A DNA stretch of 64,000 bases from positions 13,583-77,582 of the forward strand of contig CAMTXZ010000005.1 of NCBI GenBank assembly GCA_947085765.1. The letters are read 5' to 3'. The position numbers and the translations under genes are program-made. The notes beneath the pieces were generated by a model. That model was not told the origin of the DNA, did no database searches, and was given only the letters and a program-made list of their open reading frames with translations. Below are positions 30,287 through 39,104 of this stretch, piece after piece. This DNA comes from an uncultured Chromatiaceae bacterium. GTDB taxonomy: Bacteria > Pseudomonadota > Gammaproteobacteria > Tenderiales > Tenderiaceae. How positions within the stretch are numbered: position 1 is the first letter of the stretch; every line of letters starts with the position of its first letter.

Positions 30287-31182
30287 TGGACATTAATTAT
30301 CGTCCTCTCGTTAGTGTGGCAATCCTTACATGGAACCGTATAGAACACGTCGTTAAGGCGATTAACTCAGTATTGGCACAAGACTATCATCCAATTGAGA
30401 TAGTGGTAGTCGATTCCGCATCAAACGATGGCACATTTGACTATATATCTCAGAATTATCCGCAAGTAAAGATTGTTCGTTTACACCGTAATCTTGGTTG
30501 TCCAGAAGGAAGGAATGTGGCTCTGGCTAACTGTAGTGGAGAAATTATCTACTCGCTTGACGATGATGGTTGGTTAGCATCTGACACAGTATCAATATGT
30601 GTGGATCGGTTCAAACAGCATCCAGATGCTGGTGTTGTCGCATGCCAAATTGTTGCTCCTGACGATGATGTCTCAAGAGAAGGGGAGGACGATTGGCACT
30701 ATACATTCAGTGGCGGCGCATCTGCTATTAGAAAGAGAGTTCTGGAGACTGCTGGATATTATCCTTCAGATTTTTTCCGGCAGGCGGAAGAGGGTGACTT
30801 GGCGTTGAGAATGTTTGAATACGGCTACAGAATATTGCGTTGTCCAGCAGCCATAATGTATCACGAGCGCTCACCTATTAATCGTAATGACAAGTTATTT
30901 CTTTATTACAACTGTAGGAATGAATTGTTCACCGTGCTGAGATTATACCCATTGAAATACGTCTTTCCAGCCATGATCCAGAAAGTTGTGACTTGGAATT
31001 ATCTTGGATTAAGGCGGTCAGCATTTTTTTATTCAATCGCTGGCGTAATCAGTGCGTTTGTTAGACTTCCTATCTTGCTTCGTATGCGAAAACCCGTAGT
31101 GCATGATGTTGTTATAAAGCTTTGGTCAATGAAGAAAAGTGCACGTTATGTGTCACGTCGTGCTTCATCAGGTCGTACTTAG
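30286..31182 (+). CDS. Glycosyltransferase family 2
   Basis: VSVAILTWNRIEHVVKAINSVLAQDYHPIEIVVVDSASNDGT...LDDDG: the GT-A fold DXD pattern. Confidence 0.8.
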   Translation: MDINYRPLVSVAILTWNRIEHVVKAINSVLAQDYHPIEIVVVDSASNDGTFDYISQNYPQVKIVRLHRNLGCPEGRNVALANCSGEIIYSLDDDGWLASDTVSICVDRFKQHPDAGVVACQIVAPDDDVSREGEDDWHYTFSGGASAIRKRVLETAGYYPSDFFRQAEEGDLALRMFEYGYRILRCPAAIMYHERSPINRNDKLFLYYNCRNELFTVLRLYPLKYVFPAMIQKVVTWNYLGLRRSAFFYSIAGVISAFVRLPILLRMRKPVVHDVVIKLWSMKKSARYVSRRASSGRT

Positions 31183-31357
31183 AATGCAAATCATATGTAA
31201 ATATGTTGTGCCCATATATTTAATGGTATCCACCACTATCAAATAATTATATTTTTTAAGTGTGTCTGAGTATTTGTTTAACCAATGTTTAACAGTAATA
31301 GGTTAAATTTTTTAGTCGTCAATATATTCATTAAATATTTGTATGTGGGGTTGAATC

Positions 31358-32551
31358 ATGGCGGCTTTATCTGGTAGTAATAAACCACGAACTTTAATTC
31401 AGTACAACTGCATCCCCCACTATCGAGCACGAGTATTTGAATTACTTTCGAAAAACGACCAAGTGCACTTTACGGTAATGGCATCACCTGAGCCGGACAC
31501 CCCATATCTCAAGACATTAAAGGGTGATGAGGGGCGCTCTATTCGCACTGTTTACGCAAATATTCATATCATTCGGATACCTTTCTTCCCCGATATCTAC
31601 TGGCAACCCGGTGCAGTAAAAATACTCCTACGTGAACGGCCTGATGCAGTGATTGCGCTTGGGTCGCCATATTCACTCACCGCATGGATGTTGTCAATTG
31701 GTGGTAAAGCGCTGGGTATTCCTGTTTTGTTATGGGGCCATGGTCTGCTTGCTGATGAGCGTGGCCCAAAGTGGTGGTTGCGACGTGCGCTTTATAGGCT
31801 AGCTGCGGGACAGCTTCTTTATGGAGACCATGCACGAGAGCTTTTGCAGCTGAAAGGGTTTGATGTGGATTCTCTCTATGTGGTTTATAACTCGCTGGAC
31901 TTTGATGTACAGCTGCAGATTGCAGCTGAACAGAGCGATGAACAGATCAGTAGTTTCCGCAATTCGTTGGGAATCTCTCAAGGCGAGGGATTGGTGGTAT
32001 TTACCGGACGATTGCAGGTGGTTAAACGTCTTGACTTATTGTTGGAGGCAGTGGCACGGCTGATGTTGCGTGGCTTTCGTGTTCATGTGGCACTGGTGGG
32101 TGAAGGTGGAGAACGTATTAAGCTAGAGCAGTTAGCTGTCCAGTTAAACATTACCGACTTGGTTCATTTTCTTGGTGAGAGTTATGATGAACGCTATCTT
32201 GGGCTGGTGGTTGGTGCCAGTGACCTGTCGGTTATTCCTTCGGGGGCCGGACTATCCATTATGCATGCTTTGGTCTTTGGCACACCGGTACTGATTCATG
32301 ATCGTCTTGAGCATCATTTTCCTGAATGGGAGGCGGTAATAGATGGTAAGACCGGATTTTTTTACCGCTACGGTGATGTGGGTGATCTGGCTGAAAAGAT
32401 GGAACAGGCAATCTTTCCTGTCTCTGTCAAAAATTCCATGGCCGACGCATGCAAAACTGTCATATTGACCAAATATAATCCACACCGTCAGGTGGAAACA
32501 TTTGTACGGGCTGTATGCGAAACATCAAAGGCGGCACGTCGTAGGTCATGA
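31358..32551 (+). CDS. Glycosyltransferase family 4 (GT-B, group 1)
   Basis: The C-terminal half has the GT4 retaining-transferase pattern (VVFTGRLQVVKRLDLLLEA...IPSGAGLSIMHALVFGTPVLIHD...E). Confidence 0.8.
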   Translation: MAALSGSNKPRTLIQYNCIPHYRARVFELLSKNDQVHFTVMASPEPDTPYLKTLKGDEGRSIRTVYANIHIIRIPFFPDIYWQPGAVKILLRERPDAVIALGSPYSLTAWMLSIGGKALGIPVLLWGHGLLADERGPKWWLRRALYRLAAGQLLYGDHARELLQLKGFDVDSLYVVYNSLDFDVQLQIAAEQSDEQISSFRNSLGISQGEGLVVFTGRLQVVKRLDLLLEAVARLMLRGFRVHVALVGEGGERIKLEQLAVQLNITDLVHFLGESYDERYLGLVVGASDLSVIPSGAGLSIMHALVFGTPVLIHDRLEHHFPEWEAVIDGKTGFFYRYGDVGDLAEKMEQAIFPVSVKNSMADACKTVILTKYNPHRQVETFVRAVCETSKAARRRS

Positions 32552-33102
32552 TGATTGGTGTCGATGGTTTGCGTGAGTTATACAAAACTATACGTATCTG
32601 GTTGTTATTAAGGCTGCGTTACCGTGGCGCCCGTGTTGGTAAGGGGTTTCATGTCGCTTGGGACGTAGTAATCCATGGCCCTGGATTTGAGGCGGGTGAC
32701 TATGTTTATCTTGGTCCTTATGTGGAGATCGCTCCGCAAGTGAAGGTAGGTAACTACACCAGTATTTCGTCCTGCGTTGTTATCACTGGTAATGATCATC
32801 TATTTGATGTTGCCGGCGTGCCGATCCGTTTCTCTGGCCGACCTGAGTCGGTAGTGACAAAAATTGGGCATGACGTCCTGATCGGACATGGTGCAACAAT
32901 TATGCGTGGTGTGACTATAGGTAATGGTGCAATTGTAGGAGTGGGTGCAGTGGTTACAAAAGATGTGCCATCCTATGCAATCGTTGCCGGTATTCCCGCT
33001 AAGGTATTGCGCTACCGCTTCGACGATGAAGAGACCAGAAGGCATGAAGTGATGCTGCGGCAACCAACGAAATATGGGGGATCGCTAGGGCAGCCCTATT
33101 GA
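32548..33102 (+). CDS. Hexapeptide-repeat (LbH) sugar O-acetyltransferase
   Basis: Tandem hexapeptides IGHDVLIGHGATIMRGVTIGNGAIVGVGAVVTKDVPSYAIVAGIPAKVL. ATGA overlap with the upstream gene. Confidence 0.75.
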   Translation: MMIGVDGLRELYKTIRIWLLLRLRYRGARVGKGFHVAWDVVIHGPGFEAGDYVYLGPYVEIAPQVKVGNYTSISSCVVITGNDHLFDVAGVPIRFSGRPESVVTKIGHDVLIGHGATIMRGVTIGNGAIVGVGAVVTKDVPSYAIVAGIPAKVLRYRFDDEETRRHEVMLRQPTKYGGSLGQPY

Positions 33103-33139
33103 TTTCATGGCGATTTGGCCAAAACAGGTTGATGTGAAA

Positions 33140-34039
33140 ATGAATAAAATTTCCGTACTGATTCTTACCCACAACGAAGAGCGAAACATCGCCAAGTGTG
33201 TGGAATCATTGTTGCCACTGACACGAGATATCTATGTAGTGGATTCTCACAGCGATGATCATACGGTTGAAATATGCCAGCGCTATGGTGTCCAGGTCGC
33301 AAGCCACAAATGGACTACCTATGCCGATCAATTCAACTGGGGTCTGGACCATTTCGTCTTTCAGGCAGAGTGGATCATGCGTATGGACGCTGACGAAGAG
33401 CTGACCCCTGAGCTTGTGACAGAACTTCAAAGCTATCTTGAAGAGGTTCCTCCAGTGGTTTCTGGAATCTATCTTCGCCGCCGTGTCTATTTTATGGGGC
33501 GCTGGATTAAGCATGGTGGCTATTATCCTACTTGGTTGTTACGAGTTTTCCGCAATGGGGTTGGCCGTTGCGAGGCGCTGTGGATGGATGAACATATCGT
33601 TCTCAATAATGGTCGCGCCATCAGGATCAGCGCCGATTTGATCGACAAGAACAATAAAGACCTGACCTTCTGGACTGACAAGCATAATAAATACGCCAGT
33701 CGTGAAGTGCTGGATGTGCTTGCCAAGCGTTCTGAAACTGGCGCAGGTGAACGGTTGACGGCATGCCTGGGTGGTTCGCAGGCGCAGTCACGGCGCTGGA
33801 TGAAGGATAGCGTCTATGCACGGGTGCCGTTGTTCGTCAGGCCACTCTGCTATTTTCTCTATCGCTATTTTATCCGCCTTGGTTTTCTCGATGGTAAGGA
33901 GGGGTTGATATTTCACTTCCTGCAGGGGTTTTGGTACCGCTTTCTGGTGGACGCCAAGCTGTTTGAGCATGCGCGTCAGAAGCCCGAAGACAACAATATC
34001 GGAGATAACCATGCCGGTGAGCCTGGCGCAGTACGATAA
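33140..34039 (+). CDS. Glycosyltransferase family 2
   Basis: MNKISVLILTHNEERNIAKCVESL...VVDSHSDD...MDADE. An alternative upstream start is at 33107. Confidence 0.75.
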   Translation: MNKISVLILTHNEERNIAKCVESLLPLTRDIYVVDSHSDDHTVEICQRYGVQVASHKWTTYADQFNWGLDHFVFQAEWIMRMDADEELTPELVTELQSYLEEVPPVVSGIYLRRRVYFMGRWIKHGGYYPTWLLRVFRNGVGRCEALWMDEHIVLNNGRAIRISADLIDKNNKDLTFWTDKHNKYASREVLDVLAKRSETGAGERLTACLGGSQAQSRRWMKDSVYARVPLFVRPLCYFLYRYFIRLGFLDGKEGLIFHFLQGFWYRFLVDAKLFEHARQKPEDNNIGDNHAGEPGAVR

Positions 34040-34580
34040 CCGCCACTACCATCCCGGTGCGAGTATTATCAAGCGTCTGTTGTGGTATTGCGTCAATGCT
34101 ATTTTTATCAATTCGTGGCTTTGGCCTGAGTCGAAATTCAAGTGTGTGGTATTGCGTGCCTTTGGTGCCAAGATTGGTAAGGGTGTAGTGATCAAGCCGC
34201 GCGTCAACATCAAGTATCCCTGGTATCTTGTGATTGGTGATTATGTGTGGGTTGGCGAGGGTGTCTGGATCGATAATTTGATCTTGGTGCGTATCGGCAG
34301 CAATGTCTGCCTGTCACAAAATGCCCATCTTCTGACAGGCAATCACAATTACAACGATCCGGCATTTGCGCTGATTGTCAAAGAGATTGCCATAGAGGAT
34401 GGCGCGTGGATTGGTGCTGCCAGTGTAGTCTGTCCGGGTGTTCGTGTACGCCGTAACAGTGTGCTAACAGTCGGCAGTGTGTTGCAGAAGGATAGCGATG
34501 AGGACTGGATTTATCGTGGCAATCCCGCTGAACGTGTACGTCATCGTCATTTCAAAAAAGAAGCTGTAGTCAATGGCTAA
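34011..34580 (+). CDS. WcaF-like colanic-acid-type acetyltransferase (hexapeptide)
   Basis: LRAFGAKIGKGVVIKPRVNIKYPWYLVIGDYVWVGEGVWIDNL closely parallels E. coli WcaF ([38 protein letters not shown]). RBS GGAGATAACC before ATG 34011. Confidence 0.75.
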   Translation: MPVSLAQYDNRHYHPGASIIKRLLWYCVNAIFINSWLWPESKFKCVVLRAFGAKIGKGVVIKPRVNIKYPWYLVIGDYVWVGEGVWIDNLILVRIGSNVCLSQNAHLLTGNHNYNDPAFALIVKEIAIEDGAWIGAASVVCPGVRVRRNSVLTVGSVLQKDSDEDWIYRGNPAERVRHRHFKKEAVVNG

Positions 34581-35817
34581 GACTATTTTTGTAAATCGCT
34601 ATTTTTATCCGGATCACTCGGCCACTAGTCAGCTATTGAGTGATCTTGCATTTGAGCTTGCATCGAAGTTGGCCCGTGACGGTTCTGAGGTACATATAGT
34701 AACGAGCCGTCAGCGTTATGACGATCCGGGTGCGCTTTTGGCGGCATTGGAGATCTGCAACGGTGTGTCTATCCACCGTGTCTGGACCACGAGATTTGGC
34801 CGTAATACTCTACTTGGCCGCGCCATGGATTACCTCACCTTCTATTTCAGCGCTGCCTTGTGTTTGTGGCGCACGCTACGTCGTGATGATGTGGTTGTTG
34901 CTAAAACGGATCCACCCCTGATCTCGGTGGTTGCAATGATGGTTGCCAAGATTCGCGGCGCCACGTTGATTAATTGGGTACAGGATCTGTTTCCAGAGGT
35001 TGCAGAGGCGTTGGGTGTAAAGGCAGTTCATGCAGGTGCGCCGTTGTTGCGCTGGCTGAGAAATGTATCATTGCGGGCGGCTGCCAATAATGTCGTGCTG
35101 GGTCAACGTATGGCGGCTCGACTACTGGAACAGGGAGTGGCGCCACAGGCAGTGACAATCATTCACAACTGGTCTGACTCCAAGGCAATCCACCCAGTCG
35201 CGCCGCACGAAAATACGCTACGTGATGAGTGGAATTTGAATGGAAAATTTGTTGTTGGATACTCTGGAAATATGGGGCGTGCCCATGAATTTTCAACGTT
35301 GCTTGCTGCTGCTGAAGAATTGCATAAAGATGCCAAAATTGTTTTTATTTTTATAGGTTCAGGTGCGCAGCGGCCATGGGTCGAAGAGATGGTCAGACGC
35401 CGTGGCCTGTCAAATGTAATATTCAAACCCTATCAGCCGCGTGAACAGCTGGCACTAAGTCTAAGTGTTCCTGACTTGCATGTGATCTCTCTAAAGCCAG
35501 ATCTGGAAGGGTTGATTGTGCCCAGCAAGTTTTATGGCATAGCAGCGGCTGGCCGCCCAACACTCTTTATTGGCGATACTCAAGGTGAAATCGCACAGAT
35601 CCTGCGTCAGCATCATTGTGGTGTTAGTGCAACGATTGCTGATGTTGAATCTGTAGTCAGGGAGATTTGCTCCTTGGCCTATCATCAGCCCCAGGTCTCC
35701 GTGTTGCTGGGGGTAAATGCACGGCGTCTTTTTGAACAGCGCTTTACCCAGTCTTGCGCGTTTTCTGCCTGGCGACAGGTATTACGTCAAAAACTGAGAG
35801 AGGTTCACGTATTATGA
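34573..35817 (+). CDS. Glycosyltransferase family 4 (WcaI/WbuB-like)
   Basis: The N-terminus FVNRYFYPDHSATSQLLSDLAFELA is typical of WbuB/WcaI-type GT4. The GT-B C-terminal domain is present. Confidence 0.8.
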   Translation: MAKTIFVNRYFYPDHSATSQLLSDLAFELASKLARDGSEVHIVTSRQRYDDPGALLAALEICNGVSIHRVWTTRFGRNTLLGRAMDYLTFYFSAALCLWRTLRRDDVVVAKTDPPLISVVAMMVAKIRGATLINWVQDLFPEVAEALGVKAVHAGAPLLRWLRNVSLRAAANNVVLGQRMAARLLEQGVAPQAVTIIHNWSDSKAIHPVAPHENTLRDEWNLNGKFVVGYSGNMGRAHEFSTLLAAAEELHKDAKIVFIFIGSGAQRPWVEEMVRRRGLSNVIFKPYQPREQLALSLSVPDLHVISLKPDLEGLIVPSKFYGIAAAGRPTLFIGDTQGEIAQILRQHHCGVSATIADVESVVREICSLAYHQPQVSVLLGVNARRLFEQRFTQSCAFSAWRQVLRQKLREVHVL

Positions 35818-36713
35818 TTCTACTGCAGCGTAGTACGTTAATGTTGTGGTTGATATTGTTCCTATCACCATTAACATGGGCTGAGATTGTGATAGAAAAC
35901 AAACATCAAATCACACAGTTCAAAGTATTTGACTCTACCTTGTACCGCAATAAACCAAGCCTTAAGCGTTATGGAATAGAGCCTATAGAGGTTTTATATG
36001 CCGCACGCTTCTGGCCCGATACCAGCTCATCTTTACTGATGGAACAATTGCCAGAGGAGTCTCGGGTGCGCCGTGTGGGGCGGTCTCTACGTTCCATACG
36101 GAAGCCCGTGGTGATTGATATAGAACATTGGCCACTTGAAGGGGATGAGGTGAAGATGCGTGTTAATCAGGCTAAATATATCACCGTTTTGCAGTGGCTT
36201 AGGAACGAAGCACCTGGTGTGAATATCGGATACTTTGGGCGCTTGCCAGGTGTTGCCTATCATTGGTCTCTGGAGAGTGATAATAGTCCTCACTATCGGG
36301 CCTGGCAGAGCGAGAATGCTCGTCTTGACTATTTTTCCACACTTGTTGATACCATATATTTACCTCTCTATACATATTATTCCGATCAACAGGCGTGGGT
36401 GAAATATGCCACTGCTCATATGCATGAAGCGCGGCGTTATGGTAAACCGGTTTACGTCTTTTTATGGCCGCAATATTCCGAGCGTAATAAGAGTCTTGGA
36501 GAGCAGTATCTGTCTGAAGACTACTGGAGACTGCAGCTGGAAACTGTACGTCAGCATGCTGATGGAATTGTGATCTGGGGTGGATGGGATGGGGCACGAC
36601 ATGCTCCTGCGCTTTGGGACAGTTCTGCGGCATGGTGGCAGGTTACACGTGACTTTATGCGTACGCTTTCTCCATATAATGGAACGGCGGCGCCCTCAGA
36701 AAAAAATCATTGA
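35814..36713 (+). CDS. Secreted glycoside hydrolase, hyaluronidase-like (GH56-like TIM-barrel) - putative EPS-trimming enzyme
   Basis: Signal peptide MILLQRSTLMLWLILFLSPLTWA. Motifs that parallel GH56 hyaluronidase signatures: VVIDIEHWPL (cf. VIDWEEWRP catalytic D-x-E), NIGYFGRLPGVAY (cf. GYYLFPDCYN), IYLPLYTY (cf. LYPSIYL) and ADGIVIWGGWDG (cf. ASGIVIWG). Confidence 0.5.
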   Translation: MILLQRSTLMLWLILFLSPLTWAEIVIENKHQITQFKVFDSTLYRNKPSLKRYGIEPIEVLYAARFWPDTSSSLLMEQLPEESRVRRVGRSLRSIRKPVVIDIEHWPLEGDEVKMRVNQAKYITVLQWLRNEAPGVNIGYFGRLPGVAYHWSLESDNSPHYRAWQSENARLDYFSTLVDTIYLPLYTYYSDQQAWVKYATAHMHEARRYGKPVYVFLWPQYSERNKSLGEQYLSEDYWRLQLETVRQHADGIVIWGGWDGARHAPALWDSSAAWWQVTRDFMRTLSPYNGTAAPSEKNH

Positions 36714-36734
36714 ACATATAATAAAGGAGTCATC

Positions 36735-37373
36735 ATGGCGCATCTTCAGGTCAAGGATTATGGTTGGACTATGAATAAGAACGTTCCATCAAATGGTTAT
36801 CTTGAACCAGCTGTGGTGGATACCTGCCGCAGACTGGGAGTGAATCATGTGTTGGATCTGGGGTGTGGTAAAGGGGACCTTTCAAAGGTGCTTATTCGTT
36901 CCGGTTTTGAGGTGATGGGCTGTGATGCCGATGCTGAAGGTGTGCGCATTGCCACGAAGTCCTGCTCTCAGGCAATATTCAGACATCTTGGTGTTTATGA
37001 TGATCCTTGTGCATTAGGTCGGAGTGACTTTGATGCGGTTGTTTCCACTGAGGTGGTCGAACATCTATTTACTCCGCGTGCCTTGCCACGATTTGCCAAT
37101 CAGGTGATCAAAGAGGGGGGCTGGCTCATTATCACAACCCCTTATCACGGTTATATAAAAAACCTGGCTATCTCTGTTACCGATCATTGGGATAAACACT
37201 TGCCACCTCTGTGGGATGGCGGACATATCAAGTTCTTTTCGCGCCGGACGTTGACTCAATTACTTGAGGAGGAGGGGTTCGAGGTGCAGGAATTTCAGGG
37301 GATTGGTCGTGTCCCTTATTTGTGGAAAAGCATGCTGCTGGTTGCAAAAAAGGTACGACCTATCACCTTCTGA
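36735..37373 (+). CDS. Class I SAM-dependent methyltransferase
   Basis: Motif I VLDLGCGKGDLS and post-I acidic residue; 212 aa. Confidence 0.7.
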   Translation: MAHLQVKDYGWTMNKNVPSNGYLEPAVVDTCRRLGVNHVLDLGCGKGDLSKVLIRSGFEVMGCDADAEGVRIATKSCSQAIFRHLGVYDDPCALGRSDFDAVVSTEVVEHLFTPRALPRFANQVIKEGGWLIITTPYHGYIKNLAISVTDHWDKHLPPLWDGGHIKFFSRRTLTQLLEEEGFEVQEFQGIGRVPYLWKSMLLVAKKVRPITF

Positions 37374-37495
37374 TATTTACCACATTTTTGTTTAATTTTT
37401 GCTTTTTAATAGGTATGTAATACCTGCGTCATAAATAATTGTCATGATTGCGGCCACGGTAAATCAATCCACGAATTATTATTCTGGCCGCGTTA

Positions 37496-39079
37496 ATGTC
37501 GACTATATCAATTTCTGAAACACTTGTTTGGAAAGAGTCTCCTGTTGTATGGGGTTCATTGATCTTTGCAGTTTTTCTTGCAATTTTTCTGTTTCAGGAT
37601 GGCTTGGCCTACATGGTTGGTGCATGGAATGGGCAAGAGGAGTACAGCTACGGCTACCTTATCCCTTTCATCTCTCTGTTTTTGATCTGGCAGAAAAAAG
37701 ATGTTCTGCAAACCATCCCGTTTTCCGGGGCGTGGGCAGGCACCTGGTTAACGTTGGCTGGTGTGTCGTTCTTTCTCCTAGGGCAGCTCGGTGCTGCCTA
37801 TTCCATTATTCAATACTCATTTGTTGTGGTGCTGTTCGGTCTGGCGCTGGCATTTACTGGCTGGCGTGGTTTCAGAGTGATATTTGTTCCGCTGTTGTTC
37901 CTGGCGTTTATGGTGCCATTGCCGGGTTTTATCAATCAGGGACTCTCCAACTCATTGCAATTGATTTCGTCGCAACTGGGCGTGGCGGTGGTACGGTTTT
38001 GTGGTATTACTGTTTATCTCGAAGGCAATGTCATCGATCTTGGAACCTACAAGCTCGAGGTGGCCGAGGCGTGCAATGGTCTGCGTTATCTGTTTCCGTT
38101 GATGACCTTTGGCTTGATCGCTGCCTATTTTTTCAAGGTAGCTTTATGGAAGCGGGTACTGCTATTTCTCTCTACCATTCCTATCACCATTATCATCAAT
38201 AGCATTCGCATCGGTCTGATCGGTGTGACAGTGGAATACTGGGGACCGTCGATGGCGGAAGGGCTGCTCCATGATTTCGAGGGGTGGGTAATGTTTATGG
38301 TCTGTACGGGTGTACTGGCGCTGGAGATGTGGTTGCTGACACGCATTGGTCGAGACCCAAGGCCGTTGCGCGAGGTATTTGGTTTGACCTTTCCGAAGCC
38401 GGTGTCATCTCGTGCCTATGTCCGATACCGCTCCATTCCTATGCCGTTTTATGTCGCGGTTGCATTGGTGTTGGTGGTGATGGCGGTATCGTATGCACTG
38501 CCTGAGCGGTCGGAGGTTATTCCAGAGCGTCAGCAGCTTTCATCATTTCCGATGGTGTTTGACGAGTGGCATGGTAAAGCACAACGTCTTGATACTATCT
38601 ATGTGGATGCACTCAATTTTGATGATTATCTGATGGCTGATTACCGCAATCAGAAAGGTATCTCGACTAATCTATATATCGGTTATTACGCCACCCAGCG
38701 GGCTGATAAAGTGCCGCACTCGCCACGCGCCTGTTTGCCAGGTGGAGGTTGGAAAATTAGCGAAATTGGCGAGTACACGTTGCCAGGCATTATTATTTCC
38801 GGGCAACAAATGAAGGTCAATCGCGCCATGATTGAAAAAGGTGACGAGAGATTGCTGGTCTATTATTGGTTCCAGCAACGTGGCCGCATTATTACCAATG
38901 AGTATGCGGTGAAGGGCTACCTTATGTGGGATGCAATAAATAGTCACCGTACCGATGGTGCCCTGGTACGACTGATGGTGCCGTTGTTGCCGGGGCAGGA
39001 GGTTGGTGATGTGGATGAAGAACTCACCCGTTTTGCAGCCTCCACTATGTCAGAGTTGCCGAATTATGTTCCTAATTGA
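37496..39079 (+). CDS. Exosortase (XrtA/EpsH family) fused to C-terminal EpsI-family domain
   Basis: 8-TM N-terminal domain with a conserved Cys (EVAEACNGLRYLFPL) and Arg (NSIRIGLIGV). ~200-aa C-terminal periplasmic EpsI-like domain. 527 aa. Confidence 0.85.
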   Translation: MSTISISETLVWKESPVVWGSLIFAVFLAIFLFQDGLAYMVGAWNGQEEYSYGYLIPFISLFLIWQKKDVLQTIPFSGAWAGTWLTLAGVSFFLLGQLGAAYSIIQYSFVVVLFGLALAFTGWRGFRVIFVPLLFLAFMVPLPGFINQGLSNSLQLISSQLGVAVVRFCGITVYLEGNVIDLGTYKLEVAEACNGLRYLFPLMTFGLIAAYFFKVALWKRVLLFLSTIPITIIINSIRIGLIGVTVEYWGPSMAEGLLHDFEGWVMFMVCTGVLALEMWLLTRIGRDPRPLREVFGLTFPKPVSSRAYVRYRSIPMPFYVAVALVLVVMAVSYALPERSEVIPERQQLSSFPMVFDEWHGKAQRLDTIYVDALNFDDYLMADYRNQKGISTNLYIGYYATQRADKVPHSPRACLPGGGWKISEIGEYTLPGIIISGQQMKVNRAMIEKGDERLLVYYWFQQRGRIITNEYAVKGYLMWDAINSHRTDGALVRLMVPLLPGQEVGDVDEELTRFAASTMSELPNYVPN

Positions 39080-39104
39080 TCGGCATTAAGCAGAGCTTCT
39101 GATC

